Shown: positions 55,401-64,000 of the stretch, piece by piece
Position numbering within the stretch: the stretch's first letter is position 1
Layout: each line of letters starts with the position of its first letter
Assembly: GCA_020636445.1 (NCBI GenBank)
Contig: JACJXV010000016.1
Coordinates: 1,655-65,654, forward strand
Direction of reading: 5' to 3'
DNA from: Lewinellaceae bacterium
GTDB lineage: Bacteria > Bacteroidota > Bacteroidia > Chitinophagales > Saprospiraceae
Length of the DNA: 64,000 nt
Made by a program: the position numbers and the translations under genes
Notes under the pieces: model-generated
What the model was told of the DNA's origin: nothing
Databases searched by the model: none
What the model saw: only the letters and a program-made list of their open reading frames with translations

Positions 55401-56645
55401 ATGAACGAAGCTTTATTTACTGCAAATAACCTTTGGCTTCTTGTTTCCACGATACTCGTTTTTATCATGCACCTGGGTTTTGCAACGCTGGAAGCGGGAT
55501 TTGTCCAAAAGAAGAACGTCGTTAACATTCTTTTCAAGAATACGATGATTGTGGCCATTGGGCTATTAACCTATGCCATTATCGGGTTCAACCTGATGTA
55601 TCCCGGCATGAATGAAGGAGGACTCTTTGGATTTAGCGGCTTTGGCCTGAGTTTGCCGGAAGGAGATCCCATTGATTACGCCAGTGGCAATTATACCTAC
55701 TGGACTGATTTTATCTTCCAGGGGATGTTTGCGGCTACCTGTGCAACGATTGTTTCTGGCGCTGTGGCTGAGCGGATCAAGCTTGGGCCATTTTTGATTT
55801 TTTCGGCGCTGTTTGTCGCTATTTGCTACCCAATTACCGGTTTCTGGAACTGGGGTGGTGGCTGGTTGAAGGCAGCTGGTTTTTACGACTTTGCCGGTTC
55901 GACCATGGTTCATGCTGCTGGCGGTTTTGCAGCCCTGGCTGCGGTACTGGTCTTAGGTCCACGTCGGGGTAAGTATACCGAATCTGGTATCAGACCTATT
56001 CCCGGCCACAGTATGCCGCTGGCTACCATCGGGGTGTTTCTGCTGTGGTTTGGCTGGTATGGGTTTAACGGTGGTTCGGTGTTATCGGCTGACCCCATGG
56101 GTGTATCGCTGGTATTCGTAACGACCACACTGGCTGCGGCTGCCGGAGCTGTTGCGGCTTTCTTTGCCTCGTATGTCCTCTTTAAATCTCATGATTTATC
56201 GATGGTCCTCAACGGCATTCTGGGCGGTTTGGTAGGGATTACGGCCGGAGCGGACCAAATGGGCCCCATGGCAGCTATTTTGATTGGCGGTATTGCCGGG
56301 TTAATTATTCCTTTCTCGGTTGTTTTCTTTGACCGTTTAAAAATTGACGATCCGGTTGGAGCGACGACCGTTCACCTGATTTGCGGGGTTTGGGGCACGC
56401 TTGCTGTCGGCTTATTTGGCGCTAAAGCAGGTCTAACTCAGGTTTTAGTACAGTTATTGGGCGTTGGCTCAATCGGCTTGTTTTCCTTTGCGGCAGCCTT
56501 CGGCATTATGTATGTCCTCAAGGTTACCGTAGGAATCAGGGTAAGTGAAGAAGAAGAAATTAAAGGGCTGGATATGGGTGAACACGAAATGTCGGCTTAT
56601 GCTGATTCCCCTCATTCTGACCAGCTTTCGCTTTCTGTTCACTAA
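55401..56645 (+). CDS. amt: ammonium transporter
   Basis: 414 aa, polytopic, with Amt signatures FAGSTMVHAAGGFAAL and WFGWYGFNGGS. Confidence 0.95.
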   Translation: MNEALFTANNLWLLVSTILVFIMHLGFATLEAGFVQKKNVVNILFKNTMIVAIGLLTYAIIGFNLMYPGMNEGGLFGFSGFGLSLPEGDPIDYASGNYTYWTDFIFQGMFAATCATIVSGAVAERIKLGPFLIFSALFVAICYPITGFWNWGGGWLKAAGFYDFAGSTMVHAAGGFAALAAVLVLGPRRGKYTESGIRPIPGHSMPLATIGVFLLWFGWYGFNGGSVLSADPMGVSLVFVTTTLAAAAGAVAAFFASYVLFKSHDLSMVLNGILGGLVGITAGADQMGPMAAILIGGIAGLIIPFSVVFFDRLKIDDPVGATTVHLICGVWGTLAVGLFGAKAGLTQVLVQLLGVGSIGLFSFAAAFGIMYVLKVTVGIRVSEEEEIKGLDMGEHEMSAYADSPHSDQLSLSVH

Positions 56646-56659
56646 ACAGGAAGTGGCAT

Positions 56660-56691
56660 AAAAAAAGCTCCCGGCCACAAGGGTCGGGAGC
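56660..56691. terminator. A7 run plus 10-bp stem hairpin after amt
   Basis: GCTCCCGGCC-acaag-GGTCGGGAGC at 56667-56691 is preceded by AAAAAAA, with no T run after it on the + strand. The polarity therefore fits the minus strand better. Confidence 0.45.
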
Positions 56692-56907
56692 AGGTTAAGA
56701 AAACGGTGACCCATTTTCTTACAAGGCACAACAAATATACAGGTTCAGTGGCATATTCTCCAAAGGAATTTGTAACCGGATCAGGATCACCGTTGCCTTA
56801 ACTCTTTTCCCTCCGGGGAAAGCTTCGGCAATGCTGCTCATGGGTTGTCAGTCCATGAAAGCACCGAAGGTGAAATCCTTTTCCGTAAACAAACAAATTC
56901 ATTAGCG

Positions 56908-58023
56908 ATGAGAATGATGTCCAAATCCTTAGGATTGGTCCTAACACCTGTATGCTTGTTCATGACCATCACCCTGGCAACGGCACAGGGTAGCACGGAA
57001 TCCGCAACCACGGAAACGCCGGCATCGGCTCCACTGCCAGCTGAAGAAACAGCAGCAACGCCATTTGAAATTTCGGGATTTATCGATGGCTATTATCAGC
57101 ACAGTTTCGACAAATCGCCATTTCCTACCAGCTTCACGCCTGATTTACAGTCGTTTGCTCTCGGGATGGCGAATGTGGTCTTTTCCAAAGAAGGGAAAGT
57201 CGGATTTGTAGCTGATTTGGCTTTTGGTCCTCGCGCTGAAGCTGCCAATGGCTATGCGGGCACCTCGTTGTCATTGATCAAACAACTATACGTGACTTAC
57301 TCCCCTACGAGTAGCCTGACGCTTACCCTGGGAAATTTTAGTACGCACGTGGGGTATGAATTGATCGACTCTCCGGCGAACATTAACTATAGTACCTCTT
57401 ATATGTTTTCCAACGGTCCTTTCTTTCACACCGGGCTCAAGGCGAACCTAAGTATGGGTGAGAACTTTGGTCTGATGTTAGGGGTGTTTAACGACACGGA
57501 TACCAAAATTGACGAGGTTGCTGGTAAACACGTTGGTGCACAACTGTCCTATTCGGCCGGAAAATTGGGAGCGTATCTCAATTATATCGGCGGTCGGGTT
57601 GCGGAAGAAACCGACTTCAGTCCGGAGGTAATCGGGCATCAGGTGGACTTGACGGCAACTTTCCAGGCGACAGATGCGTTGGGATTAGGGTTGAACGCTA
57701 CCGTCAAAACCTTGAATCCGGCAACCGGCAGTTCGCAAAACTGGTCAGGAGCTGCGTTGTATGCCAATTATGCTTTCAGCGATTTATTCACCCTGGGCTT
57801 CCGGGGAGAATTTATCGGTGATAAGGATGGGTTGATCACCGGCATTGCCGATGATAACATCACGGCACTGACGCTTTCCGGCAATTTCCACATTGGCCCC
57901 TTAACGATAATTCCCGAGTTACGCGTTGATTCTGCTAAACAGGATGCGACTTTTACCAGCCTGGATGAAAAAGGCCTTAAGTCGACTTCTGGTGCTATTC
58001 TGGCGGTGGTTTACAGCTTTTGA
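56908..58023 (+). CDS. outer-membrane beta-barrel porin-like protein
   Basis: The ATG at 56908 gives the signal peptide MRMMSKSLGLVLTPVCLFMTITLATAQ. The sequence alternates amphipathic strands and ends in ...AVVYSF. It sits between amt and the glutamine synthetase gene. Confidence 0.65.
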   Translation: MRMMSKSLGLVLTPVCLFMTITLATAQGSTESATTETPASAPLPAEETAATPFEISGFIDGYYQHSFDKSPFPTSFTPDLQSFALGMANVVFSKEGKVGFVADLAFGPRAEAANGYAGTSLSLIKQLYVTYSPTSSLTLTLGNFSTHVGYELIDSPANINYSTSYMFSNGPFFHTGLKANLSMGENFGLMLGVFNDTDTKIDEVAGKHVGAQLSYSAGKLGAYLNYIGGRVAEETDFSPEVIGHQVDLTATFQATDALGLGLNATVKTLNPATGSSQNWSGAALYANYAFSDLFTLGFRGEFIGDKDGLITGIADDNITALTLSGNFHIGPLTIIPELRVDSAKQDATFTSLDEKGLKSTSGAILAVVYSF

Positions 58024-58064
58024 TTTGTAAACAACTAATACTTGATATTATAAAATTTGTAACA

Positions 58065-59078
58065 ATGGCAAAATCAAAACTAGAGTACATTTGGCTGGAT
58101 GGCTATAAGCCCATGCAGAGTTTGCGTAGCAAAACGAAAATCGTTGACAATTTCAGCGGCGAGTTGGAAGGCTGCCCCATGTGGTCGTTCGATGGTAGCT
58201 CCACTGAGCAGGCTCCGGGTAATTCTTCCGACTGCTTGCTCAAGCCCGTAGCTCTTTTCCCCGATCCTGCCCGCGAAAATGGCTGGCTGGTCATGACGGA
58301 AGTACTGACTGCCGATGGCAAGCCCCACGAAACCAACGGCCGGGCAATGATTGATGATAATGACAACGATTTCTGGTTTGGCTTCGAACAGGAGTACTTC
58401 TTGTGGGATCCTGAAACGGATAAGCCGCTGGGCTTCCCGGCTAACGGGTATCCGGCACCTCAGGGGCCATACTACTGCTCCGTAGGCGCTAAGAATGCTT
58501 TCGGCCGCGACATTATCGAAGAACATCTTGATCTCTGCCTGGAAGCAGGGCTGAACGTAGAAGGTATCAATGCCGAGGTGGCTGCTGGCCAGTGGGAATT
58601 CCAAATCTTCGCCAAAGGTGCACAGCGCGCTGGTGACGAAATTTGGGTTGCCCGCTACTTGTTGGAGCGTACCGCTGAAAAATACGGCGTAGCGATCAAC
58701 TGGCATTGTAAGCCGCTGGGTAACCTCGACTGGAATGGCTCCGGGATGCACGCAAACTTCTCCAATGAGATTCTGCGTACTGCCGGCAGCAAAGAGGTCT
58801 ACACTAAGATTCTGGAGGCTTTCCGCCCGGTAGTGAAGGAGCATATCGACGTATATGGCCCGGATAATCACCTGCGCCTTACGGGTAAGCACGAAACGGC
58901 TTCCATTAATGACTTTAGCTACGGTGTTTCCGACCGTGGCGCTTCCATTCGTATTCCGGTTGTCACGGTTGAACGTGGCTGGAAAGGGTACCTGGAAGAT
59001 CGCCGTCCTAACTCCGCGGCTGACCCCTACAAAGTGGCAGCCCGGATTATCAAGACGGTGAAATCCGCGAAACTCTAG
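58065..59078 (+). CDS. glnII: glutamine synthetase, type II-like (short, about 337 aa)
   Basis: MAKSKLEYIWLDGY beta-grasp start, then FGFEQEYFLW, NAEVAAGQWEFQI and GSGMHANFS motifs. The ATG at 58065 is preferred. Confidence 0.9.
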   Translation: MAKSKLEYIWLDGYKPMQSLRSKTKIVDNFSGELEGCPMWSFDGSSTEQAPGNSSDCLLKPVALFPDPARENGWLVMTEVLTADGKPHETNGRAMIDDNDNDFWFGFEQEYFLWDPETDKPLGFPANGYPAPQGPYYCSVGAKNAFGRDIIEEHLDLCLEAGLNVEGINAEVAAGQWEFQIFAKGAQRAGDEIWVARYLLERTAEKYGVAINWHCKPLGNLDWNGSGMHANFSNEILRTAGSKEVYTKILEAFRPVVKEHIDVYGPDNHLRLTGKHETASINDFSYGVSDRGASIRIPVVTVERGWKGYLEDRRPNSAADPYKVAARIIKTVKSAKL

Positions 59079-59104
59079 TTCCTGCATAGATTATATGCCA
59101 TGTT

Positions 59105-59133
59105 CCCGCCCCGGTCTCTCCGGGGCGGGTTTT
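59105..59133 (+). terminator. rho-independent terminator
   Basis: CCCGCCCCGG-tctct-CCGGGGCGGG followed by TTTT, 27 nt after the glnII stop. Confidence 0.75.
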
Positions 59134-59166
59134 GCTATAATCGACCACAGGGGATGGGATTTTTCA

Positions 59167-59208
59167 CGCCCGAATATTGGCCTGACCCGATATTCGGGCG
59201 TTTTATTT
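59167..59208 (+). terminator. second tandem terminator hairpin
   Basis: CGCCCGAATAT...ATATTCGGGCG (59167-59200) followed by TTTTATTT. Confidence 0.6.
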
Positions 59209-59341
59209 GCGCTGAATCCAGGTGAGGGGTTCAACACAGGGTGATTTTTACCGAAAGACCCCTGCATTTCTTTTGTTGTCCAGCAGTCCTTTTTCTACCT
59301 TTGGTGGGATCATTAACCACTGTTTTGCCTGATTACGCATC

Positions 59342-60622
59342 ATGCTCAACACACAACGAATCACGCTCACCATGTTACCTACCTTCCAACACACCGTCCT
59401 GGACCGATTTCTCCGCTATGTGCAAATAGATACCCAATCTGATCCGGGATCGCCGTCACAACCATCCACGGAAAAACAGAAGGACCTGAGCCGGGTGCTG
59501 GTTGCAGAATTACAGGCACTAGGGCTGAGTGACGCTCACCTGGATGAGCATGGGTACGTATATGCTACTATTCCGGCAACTACTACTAAAGAGGTACCGG
59601 TCATTTGCTTTTGTTCGCATGTAGATACCTCTCCCGATTGCAGTGGTGCAGGCGTTAAACCAATTATTCACCGCAATTACGATGGTCGGGATTTGGTCCT
59701 GCCTGATGACACCAGTGTGGTCATCAGTCCGGCCGCGCACCCGGATTTGCGGGAGCAACTGGGGAATGACATTATTACGGCTAGTGGAACCACCTTGCTG
59801 GGGGCTGATAACAAAGCTGGTGTGGCGGCCATTATGGATATGGCCCACTACCTGGTTGCCCATCCGGAAATTGAACACGGCACCATTAAAATCCTTTTCA
59901 CCCCCGACGAAGAAATCGGCCGGGGAGTGAATAAAGTAGATTTACAAAAACTGGGCGCCCAGTTTGGGTATACGATTGACGGGGAAAAGTTGGGATCCCT
60001 GGAAGATGAAACCTTTAGTGCGGATGCGGTAACCATTACCATTCATGGCGTGAGTGCCCATCCTGGTTTTGGTAAAGGGAAGCTGGAAAATGCCCTGAAA
60101 ATAGCGGGGGATATTCTGGCCGCACTCCCCAAGGATCGCCTGTCGCCGGAAACAACGGAAGGCCGTCAGGGATTTGTCCATCCGGTTTCCAGCCAGGGCA
60201 TTGCGGAAAAAGCTACCCTGCAGTTTATCATTCGCGATTTTACCGATGAAGCCCTCGCAGCACATGAAGCCTTCCTGAAAGGCATTGTCGACGATGTTTT
60301 AGCTGCCTACCCCAACTCCCATGCCGAGTTTGTGGTAACGGAGCAGTACCGCAACATGAAGAAAATACTCAACGACTACCCACAAGTAGCCGATTTTGCG
60401 GAGGAAGCCATCCGGCGGGCGGGCATCACCCCTATTCGTTCGAGCATCCGGGGTGGTACCGATGGATCTCGCTTGTCGTACATGGGGCTGCCTTGTCCTA
60501 ATATTTTTGCCGGCGAGCATGCCTTCCATTCCAAGGAAGAGTGGGTCAGTGTGCAGGATATGGAAAAAGCCGCAGAAACGATGGTCCATCTGGCGATGTT
60601 ATGGGCTGAAAAAGGGGCTTAG
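59342..60622 (+). CDS. pepT: peptidase T (M20B tripeptide aminopeptidase)
   Basis: LDRFLRYVQIDTQSDP start, then CSHVDTSPD, LGADNKAGVAAIM and FTPDEEIG motifs. The start could be Met1 (59342) or Met11. Confidence 0.9.
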   Translation: MLNTQRITLTMLPTFQHTVLDRFLRYVQIDTQSDPGSPSQPSTEKQKDLSRVLVAELQALGLSDAHLDEHGYVYATIPATTTKEVPVICFCSHVDTSPDCSGAGVKPIIHRNYDGRDLVLPDDTSVVISPAAHPDLREQLGNDIITASGTTLLGADNKAGVAAIMDMAHYLVAHPEIEHGTIKILFTPDEEIGRGVNKVDLQKLGAQFGYTIDGEKLGSLEDETFSADAVTITIHGVSAHPGFGKGKLENALKIAGDILAALPKDRLSPETTEGRQGFVHPVSSQGIAEKATLQFIIRDFTDEALAAHEAFLKGIVDDVLAAYPNSHAEFVVTEQYRNMKKILNDYPQVADFAEEAIRRAGITPIRSSIRGGTDGSRLSYMGLPCPNIFAGEHAFHSKEEWVSVQDMEKAAETMVHLAMLWAEKGA

Positions 60623-60721
60623 TGCTTTGTCAACTGAGAATACAAAGGTTGGCAACGGTCCCTGGTGAAGGGTGAAAGCTGAAGAGAAATTGGAAATCAG
60701 AAATCAGATTCCTAATAAAAC

Positions 60722-60742
60722 GGCCCTCCAAAGGCGGGTAAA
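60722..60742. repeat. inverted copy of the TTTACCCGCCTNTGGAGGGCC repeat
   Basis: GGCCCTCCAAAGGCGGGTAAA is the reverse complement of the units at 46811-46831 and 46902-46922. Confidence 0.8.
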
Positions 60743-60965
60743 CCTTTATCGCTGGCTGTTTTTAGTTATTGGTTACTACTTTTCCAATTTCCCCTCCCAA
60801 GCCAGCGCGCACCCCTCAGTCCCATAAAGGGGAAGCCCCACCCGCGTGCTCAGGTCAAAGGACGGCATGCGAAGCGAAGTATCGTTACGTTACTCGTTGA
60901 GCGGTTTTCCTCGGTGTAGCCCTTTCAAAGGGGGCTGATTTTTTACCCTGAGGCACTCGGGGCAC

Positions 60966-60988
60966 ACCCGCCGGAGGCGGACAAGTTT
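60966..60988. repeat. GC-rich palindromic REP-like unit abutting the heptamer array
   Basis: ACCCGCCGGAGGCGGACAAGTTT has the same architecture as 4622-4644 and 51815-51836. Confidence 0.7.
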
Positions 60989-60990
60989 CT

Positions 60991-61102
60991 CATTTCTCAT
61001 TTCCCATTTCTCATTTCCCATTTCTCATTTCCCATTTCTCATTTCTCATTTCCCATTTCCCATTTCCCATTTCCCATTTCTCATTTCCCATTTCCCATTT
61101 CC
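60991..61102. repeat. heptanucleotide microsatellite (CATTTCY) x 16
   Basis: I counted 16 uninterrupted 7-mers by hand. The last-base pattern is T C T C T C T T C C C C T C C C. The array is intergenic and ends 226 bp upstream of the ATG at 61329. Confidence 0.95.
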
Positions 61103-61328
61103 CAGTTAGGTTCCCACCAGCATTACCCTCGCAAACCTTTATTCTCAAGCTTTACAATCACCAGTTGCACCCCAAATCACTGTTTTATTAACACCTCATT
61201 AATACATTTTTTAACAATTTAACCATTCGGGAAAAGGGATTAACGGAGCCTTAGTAAAACGGGGTTTAGGGTGGTCGTAAATTCGTGAAAGGATACAACC
61301 TAACTACGAACTGTCAAAACGAACCAAC

Positions 61329-62525
61329 ATGAGACCCGTACTGCTACTCCGAACGACATTGGCCCTGAGCCTGGTACTTTTTCTGGCCAGTTGTGCCGCC
61401 CCCGACAAGCTCCTCGAAACGGGAAATTACGATCAGGCTATTGAGGTAGCCCTGCGTAAACTGGCTGGCAAAAAGAATAAGAAAGCCGAGTACGTAAAAG
61501 CCCTGGAAGTAGCTTTTGCCAAGGTCACTTCCCGCGACATGGATTTAGCCGAACGCCTGAAGAATTCAGGGGATCCCGCTAACTGGGATCGGGTGTATGA
61601 TATCTACCGTACTATCCGCAAGCGCCAGGAAGCTATCGAACCTTTACTGCCTCTGGCAGATAAGGAAGGACTGAAAGCTAATTTCCGCTTTGTTCGTACC
61701 GACGAATTGGAGCGCGAAGCCAAAGAACGGGCGGCTGCTTATTGCTACGATCAGGGATTTGAAGCGCTGGAGCAGGCTCGCCGCTATGACGACCGGGTAG
61801 CAGCCCGTAATGCCTATGCGCAATTCGAAAAAACAGGTCGCTACTTCCGCGATTACCGCAATGTCGATGAATTGATGGCCGAGGCCCGCGACCTGGGAAC
61901 CACCTTTGTGCTGGTTGACGTTCAAAACAGGACTCGCACCCTGTTGCCTGCCGGGATGGAAGAAGAACTCCTCCGCTTGAGCTTTGGCGATCTGAACCAA
62001 AGATGGCGCGAATACCACGCATATCCTGAGAAAAACCGCAATTATGACTACCGGGTAAGTATGGCGCTGTATGATATTGAAGTGAGCCCATCGGCGGTTC
62101 GGGAGCGGGAATACGAAGAGCGTACTGAAATAGAAGATGGCTTTGATTATGTCCTGGATGAGCGCGGTAATGTTAAAAAAGACACCGCCGGGAATGACAT
62201 CAAGATACCTCGTACCAAGGTCGTTCTTGCCCGGGTTTTGGAAGTGCACCAGCAGAAATCGGCTTTAATTCGCGGCCGCCTGGAATTTTTCGATATGGAT
62301 CGTAACCAGATCGTCGATAGCCGGGAACTGAATGCTACTTCCTTGTTTGAAAACTACGCCGCAACCTTCAAAGGTGATGAGCGGGCTCTGAGTAAGGAAT
62401 CACGCCAACGGATCGGTAACCGGCCTTTGCCCTTCCCCGACGATGGCGCGCTGATCCTGGAAGCTGCCCGCCAATTGCGCCCCCTGATTCGGGAAGAATT
62501 GCGCAATGCCCGGCAAGTTATTTAA
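61329..62525 (+). CDS. lipoprotein of unknown function
   Basis: 398 aa with the lipobox LFLASC. It is charged and helical-looking. I recognise no family. Confidence 0.6.
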   Translation: MRPVLLLRTTLALSLVLFLASCAAPDKLLETGNYDQAIEVALRKLAGKKNKKAEYVKALEVAFAKVTSRDMDLAERLKNSGDPANWDRVYDIYRTIRKRQEAIEPLLPLADKEGLKANFRFVRTDELEREAKERAAAYCYDQGFEALEQARRYDDRVAARNAYAQFEKTGRYFRDYRNVDELMAEARDLGTTFVLVDVQNRTRTLLPAGMEEELLRLSFGDLNQRWREYHAYPEKNRNYDYRVSMALYDIEVSPSAVREREYEERTEIEDGFDYVLDERGNVKKDTAGNDIKIPRTKVVLARVLEVHQQKSALIRGRLEFFDMDRNQIVDSRELNATSLFENYAATFKGDERALSKESRQRIGNRPLPFPDDGALILEAARQLRPLIREELRNARQVI

Positions 62526-62916
62526 CCTTCCTTCCATACTTACTATGAGAAATGAAAATGTTAACGTCATTCTGAATTTTGGCATAGCTAAAATTCAGGA
62601 TGACTTTTTATGCTAATGCTGGTGGACAAACGGTAGATATTTTACTGACCGAGTTAAATCAAGGTAGCCTGGGATCTAAGCTTTTTGATTGCTAACGCTT
62701 AGCTGTGCCTGGTGCCTCCCCCAAGCGTAAATCTGCTAAACCTACGGCGCTGAACGCACTCCGAAGAAACACCTCTCAGGCCATACATTTCCCTTGTACA
62801 GAATAATTCTAAACACGGCACTTTCCAAAGGGTTGAAATTGAAAAAATTGTGTATATTCACAGTGGAAATTTTATTTGAATTTCCATTTTTCCTTTTGTG
62901 ATCTTAAGCTTGCAGG

Positions 62917-62948
62917 CATCAGTAGCGGTACTGATGTCTTTTTTTTTT
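62917..62948 (+). terminator. rho-independent terminator-like hairpin
   Basis: CATCAGTA-gcg-GTACTGATG followed by a T run of about 10. It lies about 390 nt after the nearest upstream stop and 48 nt before the ATG at 62996. Confidence 0.5.
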
Positions 62949-62995
62949 GCCAGGCAATTATCTTACCTTGCCCGCCAGAAAAGGAAAATACTTGT

Positions 62996-63898
62996 ATGTC
63001 AGTTTCACCAGTCGATGCTTGTCCCCTTTGTAACAGCAACCAGGTCGTTCTAGCGCTGCAGTTACAGGATTATTCCATCACCCGGGAAGCCTTCCAGCTG
63101 TACGATTGCCAGGGTTGCGGGATCCGCTTTACCCACCCCGTACCGGAGCCTGCTGATCTGGGTCGCTATTACCAAAGTGAGGACTATATTTCCCACAGCG
63201 ATACGCAGCAAGGGCTGATTAATCGCTTGTATCACTGGGCGCGGGGCTATATGTTGGAGCGCAAACGGGCGCTGGTGGAATCCTTCGGTACCGAGCGAAG
63301 TTTGCTCGATGTAGGTAGTGGAACCGGGTATTTCATGGCCCACCTGCGGGATCATGGCTTTACCGTACTGGGCGTCGAGATGGATGAAGGCGCGCGGACC
63401 TATGCCCAGGAGCGCTTTCAGGTAGCGGTACTGCCGCCCGAAGAGCTGGAGCAAGGTAATATCCCCGGACAGTTTGGGGTGATATCCATGTGGCATGTAC
63501 TTGAGCACGTTTACCAACCCGACCTGTATCTGGATCGCCTGCGGGAAAAGCTACTGCCCAACGGCGTACTGCTCATTGCGGTGCCTAATTATACGTCCTA
63601 CGATGCAACCTATTACGGGGCACAGTGGGCCGCGTATGACGTTCCTCGCCACCTATGGCATTTTTCCCCGGAACGGATGCGCACCCTGGCAGCGGCGCAC
63701 GGATTGCAGGTTGTCGGGCAGCAAGCCCTGCCACTGGATCCCTTTTATGTGGCCATGCTAAGTGAAAAATACCGGAGCAGCGGCTTACCCGGCTTAGCGC
63801 GGGCCGCATGGGTCGGCTTGCTATCCAGTTGGCAAACCTGGCGCAACCGCGATCGGGCTAGTTCCCTGGTTTACATCCTGCGGATAGCCAAGGGATAG
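62996..63898 (+). CDS. class I SAM-dependent methyltransferase with N-terminal zinc-ribbon-like motif
   Basis: The ATG at 62996 is preferred over the track start at 62876. It has CPLCNS...CQGCG cysteine pairs and the SAM motif LLDVGSGTGYF. Confidence 0.8.
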   Translation: MSVSPVDACPLCNSNQVVLALQLQDYSITREAFQLYDCQGCGIRFTHPVPEPADLGRYYQSEDYISHSDTQQGLINRLYHWARGYMLERKRALVESFGTERSLLDVGSGTGYFMAHLRDHGFTVLGVEMDEGARTYAQERFQVAVLPPEELEQGNIPGQFGVISMWHVLEHVYQPDLYLDRLREKLLPNGVLLIAVPNYTSYDATYYGAQWAAYDVPRHLWHFSPERMRTLAAAHGLQVVGQQALPLDPFYVAMLSEKYRSSGLPGLARAAWVGLLSSWQTWRNRDRASSLVYILRIAKG

Positions 63899-64000
63899 GG
63901 GAGGGCTTACCCCCAAATGTTACCCGTTTTTATCAAGGGCACAAGCTTGCGGAATCCGCAAAGACTTTGTATTTTCGCCCCGCATTAGACCAAAAGTAAT

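Noticed and set aside
58080-59087. 335-aa ORF antisense to the whole glutamine synthetase gene
   Set aside because: The plus-strand frame carries unmistakable glutamine synthetase motifs. The antisense product has no recognisable features and is Arg/Ala/Val-rich, as expected for a shadow frame of a gene with strong codon bias.
61644-62249. 201-aa and 137-aa ORFs antisense to the lipoprotein gene
   Set aside because: The plus-strand ORF is twice as long, starts with a lipoprotein signal and has a sensible intergenic context. The antisense frames lack any motif.
1-64000. tRNA, rRNA, tmRNA, RNase P, CRISPR arrays and recognisable defence systems (restriction-modification, CBASS, retron, toxin-antitoxin pairs)
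   Set aside because: I scanned the spacers by eye for T-loop-like GGTTCGAATCC patterns, conserved RNase P/tmRNA cores, regularly spaced repeats and the hallmark genes. I found none. A by-eye scan cannot exclude divergent RNAs.

Overview
This 64 kb window looks like chromosomal DNA from a Bacteroidota genome, probably Cytophagales or Chitinophagales type. The supporting markers are a T9SS C-terminal sorting domain, a hybrid two-component regulator with an AraC output, ECF sigma/FecR/TonB-receptor/DUF4249 and ECF/DUF4252 modules, a GxxExxY gene and a TAnnTTTG-type -7 box. I support about 45 protein-coding genes and saw no rRNA, tRNA or CRISPR array.

Gene content in order:
- An ECF sigma operon with two DUF4252 genes.
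- LptF/G permease, PAP2 phosphatase and an AgcS symporter.
- A FecI/FecR/STN-TonB receptor/DUF4249 cluster.
- Crp, an RsmB/F-type methyltransferase, DUF547 and an amine oxidase.
- An A+T-rich patch holding DUF6090 and a dead GxxExxY gene. The gene is split by a decayed IS5-family element and bracketed by hairpin repeats.
- A glycan-degradation locus without SusC/SusD. It holds a GH33 sialidase, a stand-alone propeller lipoprotein, a GH29 fucosidase, a 1294-aa T9SS-secreted glycosidase with four CBM-like modules, a beta-helix protein, the hybrid regulator and a sulfatase.
- An exported 1178-aa protein with 14 WD40 blades fused to a caspase (C14) domain.
- DUF255 thioredoxin-like and GGCT-like genes, an intact IS4-family element with a 9-bp target duplication, DUF1684, a second sulfatase, GNAT, QueD and an HhH/beta-barrel-like protein.
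- A nitrogen module (P-II, Amt, porin, type II glutamine synthetase), PepT, a lipoprotein and a SAM methyltransferase.

Intergenic DNA is unusually repeat-rich. It contains GC-rich palindromic REP-like families, a CCAATTTC/CCCATTTC motif expanded into a 16-copy heptamer array, a 56-bp tandem repeat and a 156-bp centred palindrome.

I found no clear multi-gene novel system. The best candidates for something undescribed are the exported WD40-caspase, the GxxExxY hairpin cassette and the intergenic repeat system. All family assignments come from motif recognition by eye; no searches were run.
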